Source: Candidatus Thorarchaeota archaeon (GTDB lineage: Archaea; Asgardarchaeota; Thorarchaeia; Thorarchaeales; Thorarchaeaceae). Taken from it: a DNA stretch of 64,000 nucleotides. Made by a program: the position numbers and the translations under genes. The notes under the pieces are model-generated. The model made no database searches. It had not been told where the DNA came from and saw only the letters and a program-made list of their open reading frames with translations. Positions 36,914-47,151 of this stretch are shown in pieces (the first letter of the stretch is position 1; the number at the start of each line of letters is the position of its first letter). Where the stretch lies: positions 32,001 through 96,000 of the forward strand of contig JAEOTX010000039.1 of assembly GCA_016839605.1 (NCBI GenBank), written 5' to 3'.

Positions 36914-37969
36914 ATGACAGCCGATGAATCAAGCGTGTTTCAGCAATCAGCCAATGTACGAGAGGGCGAACCTCTAATAGAGGTTAGAAACCTGAGAAAA
37001 TGGTTTCCAGTGAACACAGGGTTTCTTTCATCTATTCTTTACAAGCAAGAGTTGTTTGTAAAGGCAGTAGACGGAATCAACTTTGATATTGTTAAAGGAG
37101 AGGTACTAGTACTAGCTGGCGAGTCAGGATGCGGAAAGACCACAACAGGGCGATGCATCCTCTATTTGGAGCTACCAAGTGATGGTCAGGTAGTCTATGC
37201 CGGTCGCGACTTGGCAACACTGGACAGAAACGAGATCAAGGAATTGCGCAGGAGAATGCAAATTACTTTCCAAGATCCTTATGAATCGCTCAATCCGAAA
37301 AAGAGCATCTACAGCATAGTTTCAGAGCCCTTGACAGTGCACAATATTCCACTTTCTCCTAGTCAAAAGAGACAGCGTGTGCTGGAAGCAATGGAGAGCG
37401 TTGCACTTGTCCCCGCAGAAGACTACATTGACAGATACCCACACGAGCTGTCAGGTGGGCAGCGTCAGAGAATATCTGTGGCACGAGCGCTTATCCTTCA
37501 TCCAGAGTTCATGGTAGCGGATGAGCCGGTATCAATGCTTGATGTGTCTATCCGAGCAGAAATCCTGAACCTTCTGCTGAATATTAGGGAGCAATTTTCT
37601 CTGACCTATCTATTCATCACCCACGATTTGGCTGTTGCCACTTACATTGCGGACAGAATTGGAATCATGTATCTCGGAAAAGTCATGGAGATTGGACCTT
37701 CTCACGAGGTCGCTTTCAATCCATTGCACCCATACACCCGAGCACTCATATCAGCAGTGCCATCTGGTGACCCCACAGTGAAACGGCGAATTGAATCACT
37801 GAAGGGCGAACCTCCAAGTCCCATCAATGTTCCGCCCGGCTGTAGGTTCCATCCTAGATGTCCTTATGCACAGGAGATATGTGTGCGCGAAATACCAGAA
37901 GACAGAGATATGGGGGAGGGCCATTTTGTTGCCTGCCACTTCGCCGGTGAATTGGGCGACGCTCCTTAG
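36914..37969 (+). CDS. oppF: ABC peptide transporter ATP-binding protein F
   Basis: GESGCGKTT, LSGGQRQR, ADEPVSMLD, CRFHPRC. Confidence 0.95.
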   Translation: MTADESSVFQQSANVREGEPLIEVRNLRKWFPVNTGFLSSILYKQELFVKAVDGINFDIVKGEVLVLAGESGCGKTTTGRCILYLELPSDGQVVYAGRDLATLDRNEIKELRRRMQITFQDPYESLNPKKSIYSIVSEPLTVHNIPLSPSQKRQRVLEAMESVALVPAEDYIDRYPHELSGGQRQRISVARALILHPEFMVADEPVSMLDVSIRAEILNLLLNIREQFSLTYLFITHDLAVATYIADRIGIMYLGKVMEIGPSHEVAFNPLHPYTRALISAVPSGDPTVKRRIESLKGEPPSPINVPPGCRFHPRCPYAQEICVREIPEDRDMGEGHFVACHFAGELGDAP

Positions 37970-38061
37970 TTCTGAGCCACCCAAAGGCCAATTAGCATTC
38001 AAGTCTCACTCAATACCTAAAGCACATATGCAACCATGGAATTGCTCCTCGAGGAGATGAA

Positions 38062-38499
38062 ATGAGGGATACAACTGATCGATCCAAGTTTCTCAAAGCT
38101 ATCAAGAAATGTCTCTCAGATGCTCATGGGTTCTTCCTAGATACGATGGATGCTCTTGATGACATAGGAAAAGCTTCATCTCGCACAGCTATGACTGGAA
38201 TCTTTGGGGGATTCGTATTGAAGAGTTCAGAAGAAAACTATAGAACTGCTATATTGAAACTAGATGCTGCTGAGAAAGCTCTATACCCCCTAGCAAGAAG
38301 GGTCCGTGATGGCAGGGTAAATGAGTCGCATTTCAACAATCCCGAAGCCTTGCTCCTGCTAAGAGATATTGTAGACTTCGACTACGGAATTTTAATCCAG
38401 TTCCTCTCAGAACGGAAAGGACGTGATTCCGTTTGGTATCGCCTAAGAGACTTGAGCAAGAAGATTGAGGAAATCTTCGATCTAGTTGTGGATGCATGA
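38062..38499 (+). CDS. hypothetical helical protein
   Basis: 145 aa ORF with GAGGAG upstream. Confidence 0.7.
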   Translation: MRDTTDRSKFLKAIKKCLSDAHGFFLDTMDALDDIGKASSRTAMTGIFGGFVLKSSEENYRTAILKLDAAEKALYPLARRVRDGRVNESHFNNPEALLLLRDIVDFDYGILIQFLSERKGRDSVWYRLRDLSKKIEEIFDLVVDA

Positions 38500-38609
38500 T
38501 TACTGACTGACTAGACTGTCTAGCCAACAAGAATAATAACATATCATGAACAGTCAGTATTGTAGGGCAAAGACTCGAGAGCTGTCAAAGTTCGGAGAGA
38601 GTAGCACAC

Positions 38610-39311
38610 GTGACTATGCAATTATCCGAAGAACTGGAAAAAACGGTTGAAGTCATTCGAGGAATCTTGAGAAGGCTTTCCGACCTCAACAAGGCATTAG
38701 AACCACTTGAGAGTGAGCTCAGTGCAGCGGACTTTGCTCAGAGTGGGATTTATGTTATTGGGGCGTCAGCAGGAGTGGTCTGCTTTCCAACAGTACTCCT
38801 TGAGGGGGACCCATTGAAGCCAATCCTTGAACATGCCAGAGCACGAGAAGCAAAGATGCCATCAATCGTTGAGGCGGGTGACCCTGAAGAATCGAGGAGC
38901 ACCTGCGATCGAGTGATTAGGATGCTAAAGAGAGAGATTTGGAACAAAAGGGAATCTATCCTAAAGCCCAGCTTCTTGATTGTGATCAGATGGGACCATT
39001 TGTTTGAAGACTTGGAAATGAACAAGACTGTCATTATTGGACGTCGCTATTATTCAGGATCAGAAGATAGCTTAAGGAGACTGATCAAGAATCTGAAGAA
39101 AATCGGACTGTCTGTAATTGAAGACTCCGGCCAGTATGGCGGAGGACCCATGACGTATGAATTCGTGCAAGAATTCTCCAAATCAAGGTCTTTGGTAGTT
39201 GTGCAGCTCACATTTTCAAAAAGCGTTGCAACAGATGAGACGAAGATTTTGGCAATGCTAGAGATGTTGTCATCTTTCCAGGTGCAATCCCATGACAGAT
39301 ATAGTTCCTGA
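38610..39311 (+). CDS. degenerate N-formylglutamate amidohydrolase-like protein
   Basis: VIIG...GLSV...YGGGPMTYE...VVQLTFS resembles the FGase C-terminal half; catalytic Glu/His appear lost. Confidence 0.55.
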   Translation: MTMQLSEELEKTVEVIRGILRRLSDLNKALEPLESELSAADFAQSGIYVIGASAGVVCFPTVLLEGDPLKPILEHARAREAKMPSIVEAGDPEESRSTCDRVIRMLKREIWNKRESILKPSFLIVIRWDHLFEDLEMNKTVIIGRRYYSGSEDSLRRLIKNLKKIGLSVIEDSGQYGGGPMTYEFVQEFSKSRSLVVVQLTFSKSVATDETKILAMLEMLSSFQVQSHDRYSS

Positions 39312-42300
39312 AAAGAATGAGATGCACCTGCCATTTGTGCACGGCATAGAGGTAGAGCTTCAAGTCATTAAGAAAGATGGTTCATGGATTAGGGGAGAAG
39401 AAATACTTACAATCTTTGACAAGCTCATTTCGAATGCCAAAGCATTGCTTGACAAGAGAATCCAAACAGCCAGAGTAGAGTCAGTAAAGAGGAAGTATAA
39501 ACATTCAAGCCAGACAGAGGAAGGTGAACGTGGCTCTAGAGTTGTAGCTCTCTATGACAATCCTAAGGGAAAACCTACCGAGTTCACACTTCTTGGACAT
39601 GACCCCAACGTAACGAGTCTAACTTGGATATTAGAAATTGCGACACCTCCATGCACATCAATTGAAGAGTTGGCATGGTGGATTCAGACGCTCATTGCCA
39701 TCTCTTATGAGTCGCTTCCTAAAGAGGCCAGAGCAATTCTCGTCTCAACCGGACTGAATCCCGCTCAGGAGTATCTAAAGAATCTCTCATTTGGAGAACA
39801 TCATCACATTCTCGGTCCAGACGTTGATGATCATGTCCGCCTAGCTGTTTACAATATGTTCCGAAACTTCATCCCGCATCTCATTGCTCTTTCTGTTAAC
39901 TCTCCCTTTGAGAATAAGAAGCCTACTGACACTGTAGAGATTGACGAAGAGGGTAGGACCAGAGCACCAAGATGTAAGCGATCAATCAGACTCGTTAGAA
40001 ACACGACACAGCTGGGGCCAACAAATGAGTTTGAATTCATACCATACATGGTACAGCCTGATAAGGAAGCTTTTGCTAGGCATGTAAACCGCAGCTACGC
40101 CAGAATGGTTGACATGTATCCGTTTCATCGATTAGGAACGGTAGAGCTTAGAGTCTTTGACACGCAATTGTCGATACCCAGGAGAGTGGGCATAGCACTA
40201 ATACTGCAAGCTCTTGCATTGAAAGCAAAGAGAATGGTCGAACAAGGAGAGAAGATACCTGATGCGGGGGCAAAGTCACTGGCAGCGAATCGAGCGTCTG
40301 CTGTATCGGCTGGTCTCTGGGGCCCTTTTCGATCAGGTAGTGAAACTGATAATCCCGAGTTCATGCGCCTCTATAACTTCAAGGTCGATGATGACGGCGA
40401 AACGGACGACAGAAAAAGAAACAGATTCTTGGGTGACGCAGTCATATCAATGCTCTACTTGATTCGGGATGAGCTGGAAGAACTGGATGTTGTTGATAAT
40501 CCGTTTATGCAACCAATCCTTGTTTCGGTGTTTGGGAGTGAAGTCGTCCCTCCAAGGACCACTGGCGCAGACTTCCAGTTGGATGTATATGCCAAATCGG
40601 ACATGAATATGGTTGTACTATTGAAAAGCCTCGCTGACATCACAAGGGAATGCTGTACCAATTGGGTATATGATCCACTTGAAGGCACGCCGAAACTACC
40701 AACATGGTTGTGCTGGTGGACAGGACTTGAGCCAGAGATACTGACTGACATAGAACAACTTTTCGCAGGGCAGGAAGCAGAATTCATTGTTTCTCTGAGG
40801 AATACTGGTGACCGTCCCCTTTTCAATCTAGGAGTAGATTTCACCATTGAAGACTCAGCTAGAAATGTTGTACATGAGGGCGTCCGGGGAGTTCCTGAGA
40901 TTAGTTCCGGGCAGATCCATTCAGAGCGAATAGTATTCCAGACCAGCAAAGAAGTTACAGCCTATAACATCATAGTAGCAATTGGACTTGCTGGAAAACA
41001 AATTCACCTGACAGGGACCTTGAACACCTACTGGATGAAGGCGAATATCAGACCAGGAACCACAACTCAGTTCTCAGATGGAAAGACACCAGTTCTTTAC
41101 AAAGGCGACATTGAGACCAACTTCCCTGAATCAACCGATGTAACTGTTGATATTGCGGTCATCGCTCCAAACAAAGAAAGAGTTCTAGCTATAGTGACAG
41201 ATAAGCTAAGAGTTGAGAGTCTGGATACGATATTGTTTGACCAAACGAGTCTCCCGGCAATCGTAGTTCCTACCGATGCCTCTCATGGCGTTGAACGATG
41301 CATTTTACGCCTCAATCTTGTTGATGCTGAAGATGAGCTCATAACATCAGTCACATCAAAGCCGTTCTATATTGGATTCGCTAGGAAAGGCCCACAACTT
41401 CTTTTCGATGCAGAACTAAAGGGAGTCTACTATCCAGGGGATTTGATTGTTGGCGAGATTGAGCTCGCATCAAAGAAGCATTCTATGAGCAAAAATGCAT
41501 TTCTACTTGTAGAGTTCCGTTCAGACTCAGGGGAACATGTTGAGATAGCCCGGTTTGGTGTAAAAGAAGTAGTTGAGGCGCCCGTGAGATTTACCTGGCG
41601 TGTGCCCCCTATCGAATCTGAAGAGCTCTCTCATCGCGCAGGTGTGATTGTATCATCGATGGTGGATAAGGGAAAGGAAGTTGCATCTACTGAGACCGTT
41701 CGCTTCAGAATAGACCGCCTTGGAGTTCTCCTAAATATTGACTCACTTCGTGCACCAGACACAGCGCACATTGGGGGGAAGATTTCGGGATGGTTGAGAG
41801 TAAGGCGCAACACCGAACTGGGAGGCCCAGCTGGGTTGATTGTGGCCTTGAAGTTCCCGGATGAGGAGGAACAAGTTCTCGTTGAACAAGGCGTCAAGCA
41901 AAGCAGGAATCTCTCTTTGGCCTTTGGACCAGTCACCATTCCTCAACCAAAACAGAAAAAGAAACCGTCTAGTGTGACTCTCACGGCCAAGCTGACATAT
42001 GAAGGCACAGTTATAGACCAGAGATCTACAGAGATTGCGCTATCTGATGGACCGGAGGGGCAAATCGCAAGTGTGAGCTTTGCAGGGGTCCCGGCATATG
42101 TGTTACCAGATGAAGAAATTAGACCAGTTCTTCAGGTGACAAATATCACTGGTAAGAAATTGAAGTATGATATTAGGATAGAATTGGAGTCGGTTGGAGG
42201 AACAGACAAACTGGTCAAGAGCTCTCGAACTATGGACCCAGGCCAGAGCAAGATTCTGCCGATACAACTGCGTGTGCCCTTGAGTGCAGAAATGAGCACT

Positions 42301-42732
42301 GCACACCTAAAGGCCATAGTGAAGTGCGGCAGATTAACTATGGAAAGGAAGGAACGATTCAAGGTTAAAGCAATTGAAAGCCCCGTGTTTGATGTGGATT
42401 TCTGGATTCGAAAGAAGTCAGGTGAAGAAATACCAGGACTTGTGGCAAGGCTCACAAAAGTGGAGTTAAGAGCGAGGATAGGTGGTCTCAAAGAAGGAAT
42501 GAGCGACCTGGAAGTGATTCTTAGGGTAATGTCAAGAAGAGAGATAGTGAAACAGTTTAAAGCTTCACTCTCTGAAGTTGAGGCAGGCGAGAAAGAGATC
42601 ACTTTCCAGTGGACGACGCCCCCTGTTGACATGGTCACCGGGTATTATTTGGATGCTGTAATCACTCAGGATGGAAAGACTCTTCCAGATAGAGCCATTC
42701 GACAGAATCGGAAGCAATTCACAGTGTACTAG
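39292..42732 (+). CDS. GCS2/YbdK-type carboxylate-amine ligase fused to multiple Ig-like beta-sandwich domains
   Basis: GIEVELQ, EIATP, GEHHH, LIALSVNSPF, GTVELRVFD in the first ~310 aa; repeated beta-rich CARDB-like units after about aa 480. Confidence 0.8.
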   Translation: MTDIVPEKNEMHLPFVHGIEVELQVIKKDGSWIRGEEILTIFDKLISNAKALLDKRIQTARVESVKRKYKHSSQTEEGERGSRVVALYDNPKGKPTEFTLLGHDPNVTSLTWILEIATPPCTSIEELAWWIQTLIAISYESLPKEARAILVSTGLNPAQEYLKNLSFGEHHHILGPDVDDHVRLAVYNMFRNFIPHLIALSVNSPFENKKPTDTVEIDEEGRTRAPRCKRSIRLVRNTTQLGPTNEFEFIPYMVQPDKEAFARHVNRSYARMVDMYPFHRLGTVELRVFDTQLSIPRRVGIALILQALALKAKRMVEQGEKIPDAGAKSLAANRASAVSAGLWGPFRSGSETDNPEFMRLYNFKVDDDGETDDRKRNRFLGDAVISMLYLIRDELEELDVVDNPFMQPILVSVFGSEVVPPRTTGADFQLDVYAKSDMNMVVLLKSLADITRECCTNWVYDPLEGTPKLPTWLCWWTGLEPEILTDIEQLFAGQEAEFIVSLRNTGDRPLFNLGVDFTIEDSARNVVHEGVRGVPEISSGQIHSERIVFQTSKEVTAYNIIVAIGLAGKQIHLTGTLNTYWMKANIRPGTTTQFSDGKTPVLYKGDIETNFPESTDVTVDIAVIAPNKERVLAIVTDKLRVESLDTILFDQTSLPAIVVPTDASHGVERCILRLNLVDAEDELITSVTSKPFYIGFARKGPQLLFDAELKGVYYPGDLIVGEIELASKKHSMSKNAFLLVEFRSDSGEHVEIARFGVKEVVEAPVRFTWRVPPIESEELSHRAGVIVSSMVDKGKEVASTETVRFRIDRLGVLLNIDSLRAPDTAHIGGKISGWLRVRRNTELGGPAGLIVALKFPDEEEQVLVEQGVKQSRNLSLAFGPVTIPQPKQKKKPSSVTLTAKLTYEGTVIDQRSTEIALSDGPEGQIASVSFAGVPAYVLPDEEIRPVLQVTNITGKKLKYDIRIELESVGGTDKLVKSSRTMDPGQSKILPIQLRVPLSAEMSTAHLKAIVKCGRLTMERKERFKVKAIESPVFDVDFWIRKKSGEEIPGLVARLTKVELRARIGGLKEGMSDLEVILRVMSRREIVKQFKASLSEVEAGEKEITFQWTTPPVDMVTGYYLDAVITQDGKTLPDRAIRQNRKQFTVY

Positions 42733-42981
42733 GTGTGTGGATTGGATTACATCATAAAAGTGTCTAACTCTTCTAGGACTATATAATAATCCTCGAAGAA
42801 GAACGATGCAGAGTTCGACATTTGACTGTTCAGTTTGCAAAGGTATAATAGGGACAGCACGGCCGCCGTTTGTTAATCGGATTAGTTTGCTGATAGCAGG
42901 TATATGGTCATAGAACTGTATTGATAGTTTATGGATTGGCGTCTACAATCAACTGAATGACTGATATGACAATTTACGGAT

Positions 42982-43920
42982 GTGAATGTGATGCAGGAAC
43001 TATTGACCCACCCGGTCGTTTCCGGGCTTCTTGTGATGACGCTAGTGGGCGTTCTCGCATACAAGGCAGGATTCCTTGACATCTCAGGAATGATCAGCGC
43101 ATTCCTAGTAGGATTCGTAGTATGGTATACTGGAGGCCCGCCTGCTTTTACAATTCTGCTATTCTTCTTCTTTACTTCTGGTTTAGCGACCAAGTTCAAA
43201 TACAAGGCCAAGGCAAAGCAAGGACTTGCTCAAGAGGGCAGGGGTAGGCGATCATTCAGGAATGTTCTTGCAAGTGGTATAATTCCACTCTTCTTCTCAG
43301 TAGCGTGGTACATTACACGAACCTATCCATCCCTGGGAATAGACCCATTCTGGATGTTTGGAGGATTTGTTGGGGCCGTGGCAACAACTGCTGCTGATAC
43401 ATTGGCGTCAGAGATAGGAGTCTTTAGCAAAGCAAAACCCAGACTCATAACCAATCTAAGGAGGAAAGTTCCAAGAGGCACAATAGGAGCGGTCTCGCTA
43501 TTGGGTGAGGCCGTGGCTGCTGCAGCTGGTTTGGCTATAGGAATCATCGCAGTGGTCTTTGCATTATTCTCTTCAGGAACTGAGTGGGGATCGGTCCCAG
43601 TTGCGAATGCAGCACAGTTCATGTTCATCATTCCTTTGGCTATCCTGACAGGATTCATAGGCTGCAATCTTGACAGTCTGATTGGTGCTATTGCACAGAA
43701 CAGATTCGTTTGCGAGATTTGTGGAGCCATCACAGACAGAGAATTTCACTGCAGCTATGAAACGAAGTATGTGGGTGGCTTCAAGCGGTTTACAAATGTC
43801 CATGTCAATCTTGGATCGTCAACCATGGGTGCAACTTTGGGCATTGTCTTAGGTGCAGGATTGTTTGTATGGATTTTGGGCGGCTTGTTCTTCTGGATTG
43901 CTGCATCATCGAGTAGCTAG
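42982..43920 (+). CDS. DUF92 (TMEM19-like) membrane protein
   Basis: R...NVLASG, ADTLASEIG, G.VSLLG, DSLIGA..Q, CEIC, N..VN. Confidence 0.9.
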   Translation: MNVMQELLTHPVVSGLLVMTLVGVLAYKAGFLDISGMISAFLVGFVVWYTGGPPAFTILLFFFFTSGLATKFKYKAKAKQGLAQEGRGRRSFRNVLASGIIPLFFSVAWYITRTYPSLGIDPFWMFGGFVGAVATTAADTLASEIGVFSKAKPRLITNLRRKVPRGTIGAVSLLGEAVAAAAGLAIGIIAVVFALFSSGTEWGSVPVANAAQFMFIIPLAILTGFIGCNLDSLIGAIAQNRFVCEICGAITDREFHCSYETKYVGGFKRFTNVHVNLGSSTMGATLGIVLGAGLFVWILGGLFFWIAASSSS

Positions 43921-45272
43921 TTCTTGGAGATGTGTTTCTGCTCATATTTCATTGCTGCTTCGAAAGCTTTTGAAGGTCGGACTCCAGCCGCAAGTGATTG
44001 AAGAAATTTAGCCATGAACCATGGTGTGATGTCATCAGTTGAATATTCACGGATGTGCCAAATGGCTTTAGAAGTCTTATCAGGGAAAACCTTGAAGGCA
44101 TCCTTACCTTGCATGACGACGAGGGCAGCATCTGTCAAATCTTGCAAAGAGGGAATGGGATTCGACCCCAATTGATTCTTGATTTCTTGCCACTCGAGAT
44201 CTGATACTACAAGTACATCAATCTGACTGAGAATGGGCTCAAGCTCGTGAACACCTCGCTTCCAGAAATGAGGCGAGCATCTGTATACCAAGGGCACAGC
44301 ATTCGCCTTGGCATAAGCAGCAATAGAAACTGCGACTTCAAGGAACACCTCGCCTAGATAGACCACCTTGGCGCTGGCGATGACGTCCCATGGTACTTGA
44401 GAGGGAGAAGTAAGAGAGAGAGCAGATACATCTCCAATTCCTACCAAAGTTCGTGAACCTTCCTCCTCATCCAAGATGATTGTTTCATTCGTATGCTTTT
44501 CATCCTCCACCACAAAATGAGAGACATCAACGTTCCTGTTTACTAGACTTGATATCACAGACCACCCATCTTGATCGTTACCAACAGAGGACACCAATGC
44601 AATAGGCAATCCCAAATTAGCAAGAGAGAGAGCCAGCTCCACTGTAGAGCCGCCAGGCTCTCTATAGGGAACGCTACAGCCCATCTCGCCTCCAACTGGA
44701 GGAATCTCCGTACAACTGATTTTGGTAAAATATGCGCATGCGCCGAATAGAACATACTCTGGCTTCTCATAGACTTGTGAGCCCTGCAGTATTGCCCTTG
44801 CCCGTGTACGTGTAAACACATCGAATATCGTGGATGAATCAAGGCCTCGCTCACGATACAGAGAAACAAGACTGGAAAGATAATCTTCGAGAAGGGATGC
44901 TGTGAGGTCACCAAGGTCCGAAGGAAGTCCTGCTGAAAACAGACGCGTGACACCCCATCCGCTTTTCGTAAGCTCATGATAGACAACCCGCTTTCCTCCA
45001 TCAACAGATGAAGACGTGGTGATGAGCCCAAACTCCTTGAGCGCTTTTAGATATGCGAGTATACTCTTGTTTGAATGGGGGAGAGTTTTTACAAGATCAC
45101 GCTGCAAGGCTCGTCCATCTTCTTCGAATGCGCCGAGTACTCCAGAAGCAACCTTCGACGCAAGCACCGTCTTGATGAACTGACGTTTTCGGTCCAATTC
45201 CTCTGGTAGAAACATGACATAAGGCCAGAGATTATCCTGCGGGTCCATTCTTCTTGTCTCCAACATGTTCAT
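43917..45272 (-). CDS. winged-helix / PfkB-family kinase-like fusion (probably catalytically degenerate)
   Basis: N-terminal wHTH; PGG...A..LANLG, VGNDQDG PfkB motifs; C-terminal GAGD absent. Confidence 0.8.
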   Translation of the reverse strand: MNMLETRRMDPQDNLWPYVMFLPEELDRKRQFIKTVLASKVASGVLGAFEEDGRALQRDLVKTLPHSNKSILAYLKALKEFGLITTSSSVDGGKRVVYHELTKSGWGVTRLFSAGLPSDLGDLTASLLEDYLSSLVSLYRERGLDSSTIFDVFTRTRARAILQGSQVYEKPEYVLFGACAYFTKISCTEIPPVGGEMGCSVPYREPGGSTVELALSLANLGLPIALVSSVGNDQDGWSVISSLVNRNVDVSHFVVEDEKHTNETIILDEEEGSRTLVGIGDVSALSLTSPSQVPWDVIASAKVVYLGEVFLEVAVSIAAYAKANAVPLVYRCSPHFWKRGVHELEPILSQIDVLVVSDLEWQEIKNQLGSNPIPSLQDLTDAALVVMQGKDAFKVFPDKTSKAIWHIREYSTDDITPWFMAKFLQSLAAGVRPSKAFEAAMKYEQKHISKN

Positions 45273-45355
45273 ATAGTGGTTTAGGGCAGCGATTTAGTGT
45301 ACATAACTGCCTATGTAGTTTACTAAACTACATAAAATAAGAGCGAGGTAGTAGT

Positions 45356-46144
45356 ATGTCGAACTTCACAAGATCAGGCGCGTATCCGTGGGCCTTAGTC
45401 GGAATCTTTGCAGCGGTTCAACTCGTGATGACTGCCTTTCCAATCACCTTTTCTATTGGAATCGGAGGAATTCTATCACTGGGATTAGTAGCTGCACCAA
45501 TCATAGGATATCTATTGGGACCGTTCTTCGGAACTATATCTGTACTCATTGGATCATTTCTGGGAGTTTCAATCAATGTGGCTCTGCACCCACTTGCAAT
45601 GTTCACACCGATAGCTCCTGCAGCTAGCGCATTGGTGGCAGGGTCGCTGAGAGTGAAGAAACCGATTGTTGTTCCACTCGTCTATATCGCATCCATAGGA
45701 ATATTCCTAGTGAGTCCAATCGCAGGACTCTCGTATGCCTTCCTATGGTTCCATATCATAGCCCTGATTCTGTCACTCCTGTTCTTGATGCCTCTCTTCA
45801 GGGAAAAGCTGTCGAGCGGCCTAGAAATGGATGCAAATGTTGGATATGGAATTGGTGTCGTGTCAATATGGCTGCTCAGCTTGATCTCAGTGTTAGCTGA
45901 CCAGTTGGTTGGATCTACTATTGGAGCGTTTTATTTCGTCACTCTGGGATTGGATGCCCCCACAGTTGCCGGATTCTATGCTACTGCCATTTTCATATAT
46001 CCCATTGAAAGGACTCTAGCATCAATCATTGCTGCCTTTGTAATCGTGGCTCTTGCCAAATTCCTTGCAAAGACATACTTTGACCTTCCAACCACACCAC
46101 TGGAATCTGGAATCCAAGAACTGCCCGAGGAAGAGATACAGTAG
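45356..46144 (+). CDS. ECF transporter S-component-like membrane protein
   Basis: APIIGYLLGPFFG...IGSFLG pattern, YPIER, multiple TM. Confidence 0.7.
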   Translation: MSNFTRSGAYPWALVGIFAAVQLVMTAFPITFSIGIGGILSLGLVAAPIIGYLLGPFFGTISVLIGSFLGVSINVALHPLAMFTPIAPAASALVAGSLRVKKPIVVPLVYIASIGIFLVSPIAGLSYAFLWFHIIALILSLLFLMPLFREKLSSGLEMDANVGYGIGVVSIWLLSLISVLADQLVGSTIGAFYFVTLGLDAPTVAGFYATAIFIYPIERTLASIIAAFVIVALAKFLAKTYFDLPTTPLESGIQELPEEEIQ

Positions 46145-46288
46145 ACCTTATGGATGAAATCAATCAGAATTGGAGCGGCATCGAGACGAAGCTTCATATG
46201 CGTTCCCGTGAATTGACACACAGAACGGGGGATTCACATCCGTTTCGTCCAACTTGATAGATTGGACTAGGACAGGAGAAATAATAGA

Positions 46289-47122
46289 TTGCAGTTTATT
46301 GATCCATATTGGGGAACGATACTCCTCCTTGGATTCGTGTTCCTCTTCATCTTGATGTTTGTAGCTAGTGGAATCAAGGTCCTCAGAGAATGGGAACGCA
46401 TTGCGATTCTTCGACTCGGTAAGTTTCAGGGCATCAAGGGCCCCGGAATAACATGGGTCACACCTATACTTGACAAGATTGCAATGAAGGTCTCTCTTAG
46501 GCTGTTGACCTATGCTTTCAAGACAGAGAGGTCTCTGACGAAAGACAACGTTCCAGTGGTTGTAGACGCGGTCATGTATTTCAGGGTGATTGACCCTGAG
46601 AAAGCGATTCTGAGTGTAGAAAGATACACAATTGCCGTAGAACTCGCTGCCCAGACCACGCTGCGTGAGACCACAGGTAAAGTCACTCTTGACGAGCTTC
46701 TCGCAGAACGTGATAAGATTGCGGAACATCTCCAGGAGCTTATTGACGAGAAGACAGAGCACTGGGGTGTTAAGGTCACATCAGTCGAGATCAGAGACGT
46801 CGTGATTCCTGCTGCACTTCAGGACGCCATGAGCAGAGAGGCTCAGGCTGAGAGAGAGCGTCGTGCTAGAATCACTCTGGCTACAGCAGAACTTGAAGCA
46901 GCAGAGAACATGATGAAGGCTGCAAGGATGTATGAGGAATCTCAAGTAGGGTATAACTTGCGAACCTGGAACATCATGCAGGAGATATCTAAGAATGCGA
47001 ACCTCATCATCATGATACCAACAAATCTGCCAGAAGTAGGTACAGTCGTTGGAACAGCAGCCGCTCTATCTGCAGGAACAGGTGGATTGCGGATGCCCAA
47101 GGATAAGGGGACCCAGGAGTAA
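46289..47122 (+). CDS. SPFH/stomatin (slipin) family protein
   Basis: WERIAILRLG, GPGI, TKDNV.V.VDAV, AQTTLR, WGVKV.SVEIRDV, AQAERERRA. Confidence 0.95.
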   Translation: MQFIDPYWGTILLLGFVFLFILMFVASGIKVLREWERIAILRLGKFQGIKGPGITWVTPILDKIAMKVSLRLLTYAFKTERSLTKDNVPVVVDAVMYFRVIDPEKAILSVERYTIAVELAAQTTLRETTGKVTLDELLAERDKIAEHLQELIDEKTEHWGVKVTSVEIRDVVIPAALQDAMSREAQAERERRARITLATAELEAAENMMKAARMYEESQVGYNLRTWNIMQEISKNANLIIMIPTNLPEVGTVVGTAAALSAGTGGLRMPKDKGTQE

Positions 47123-47151
47123 ATTTCGTGTGACATTGGGAGGTTGACATA

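Noticed and set aside
46160-46762. 200-aa antisense ORF over the SPFH gene, and similar antisense ORFs over 40455-40949, 42132-42638 and 61172-61711
   Set aside because: Shadow frames of well-supported genes with no protein motifs
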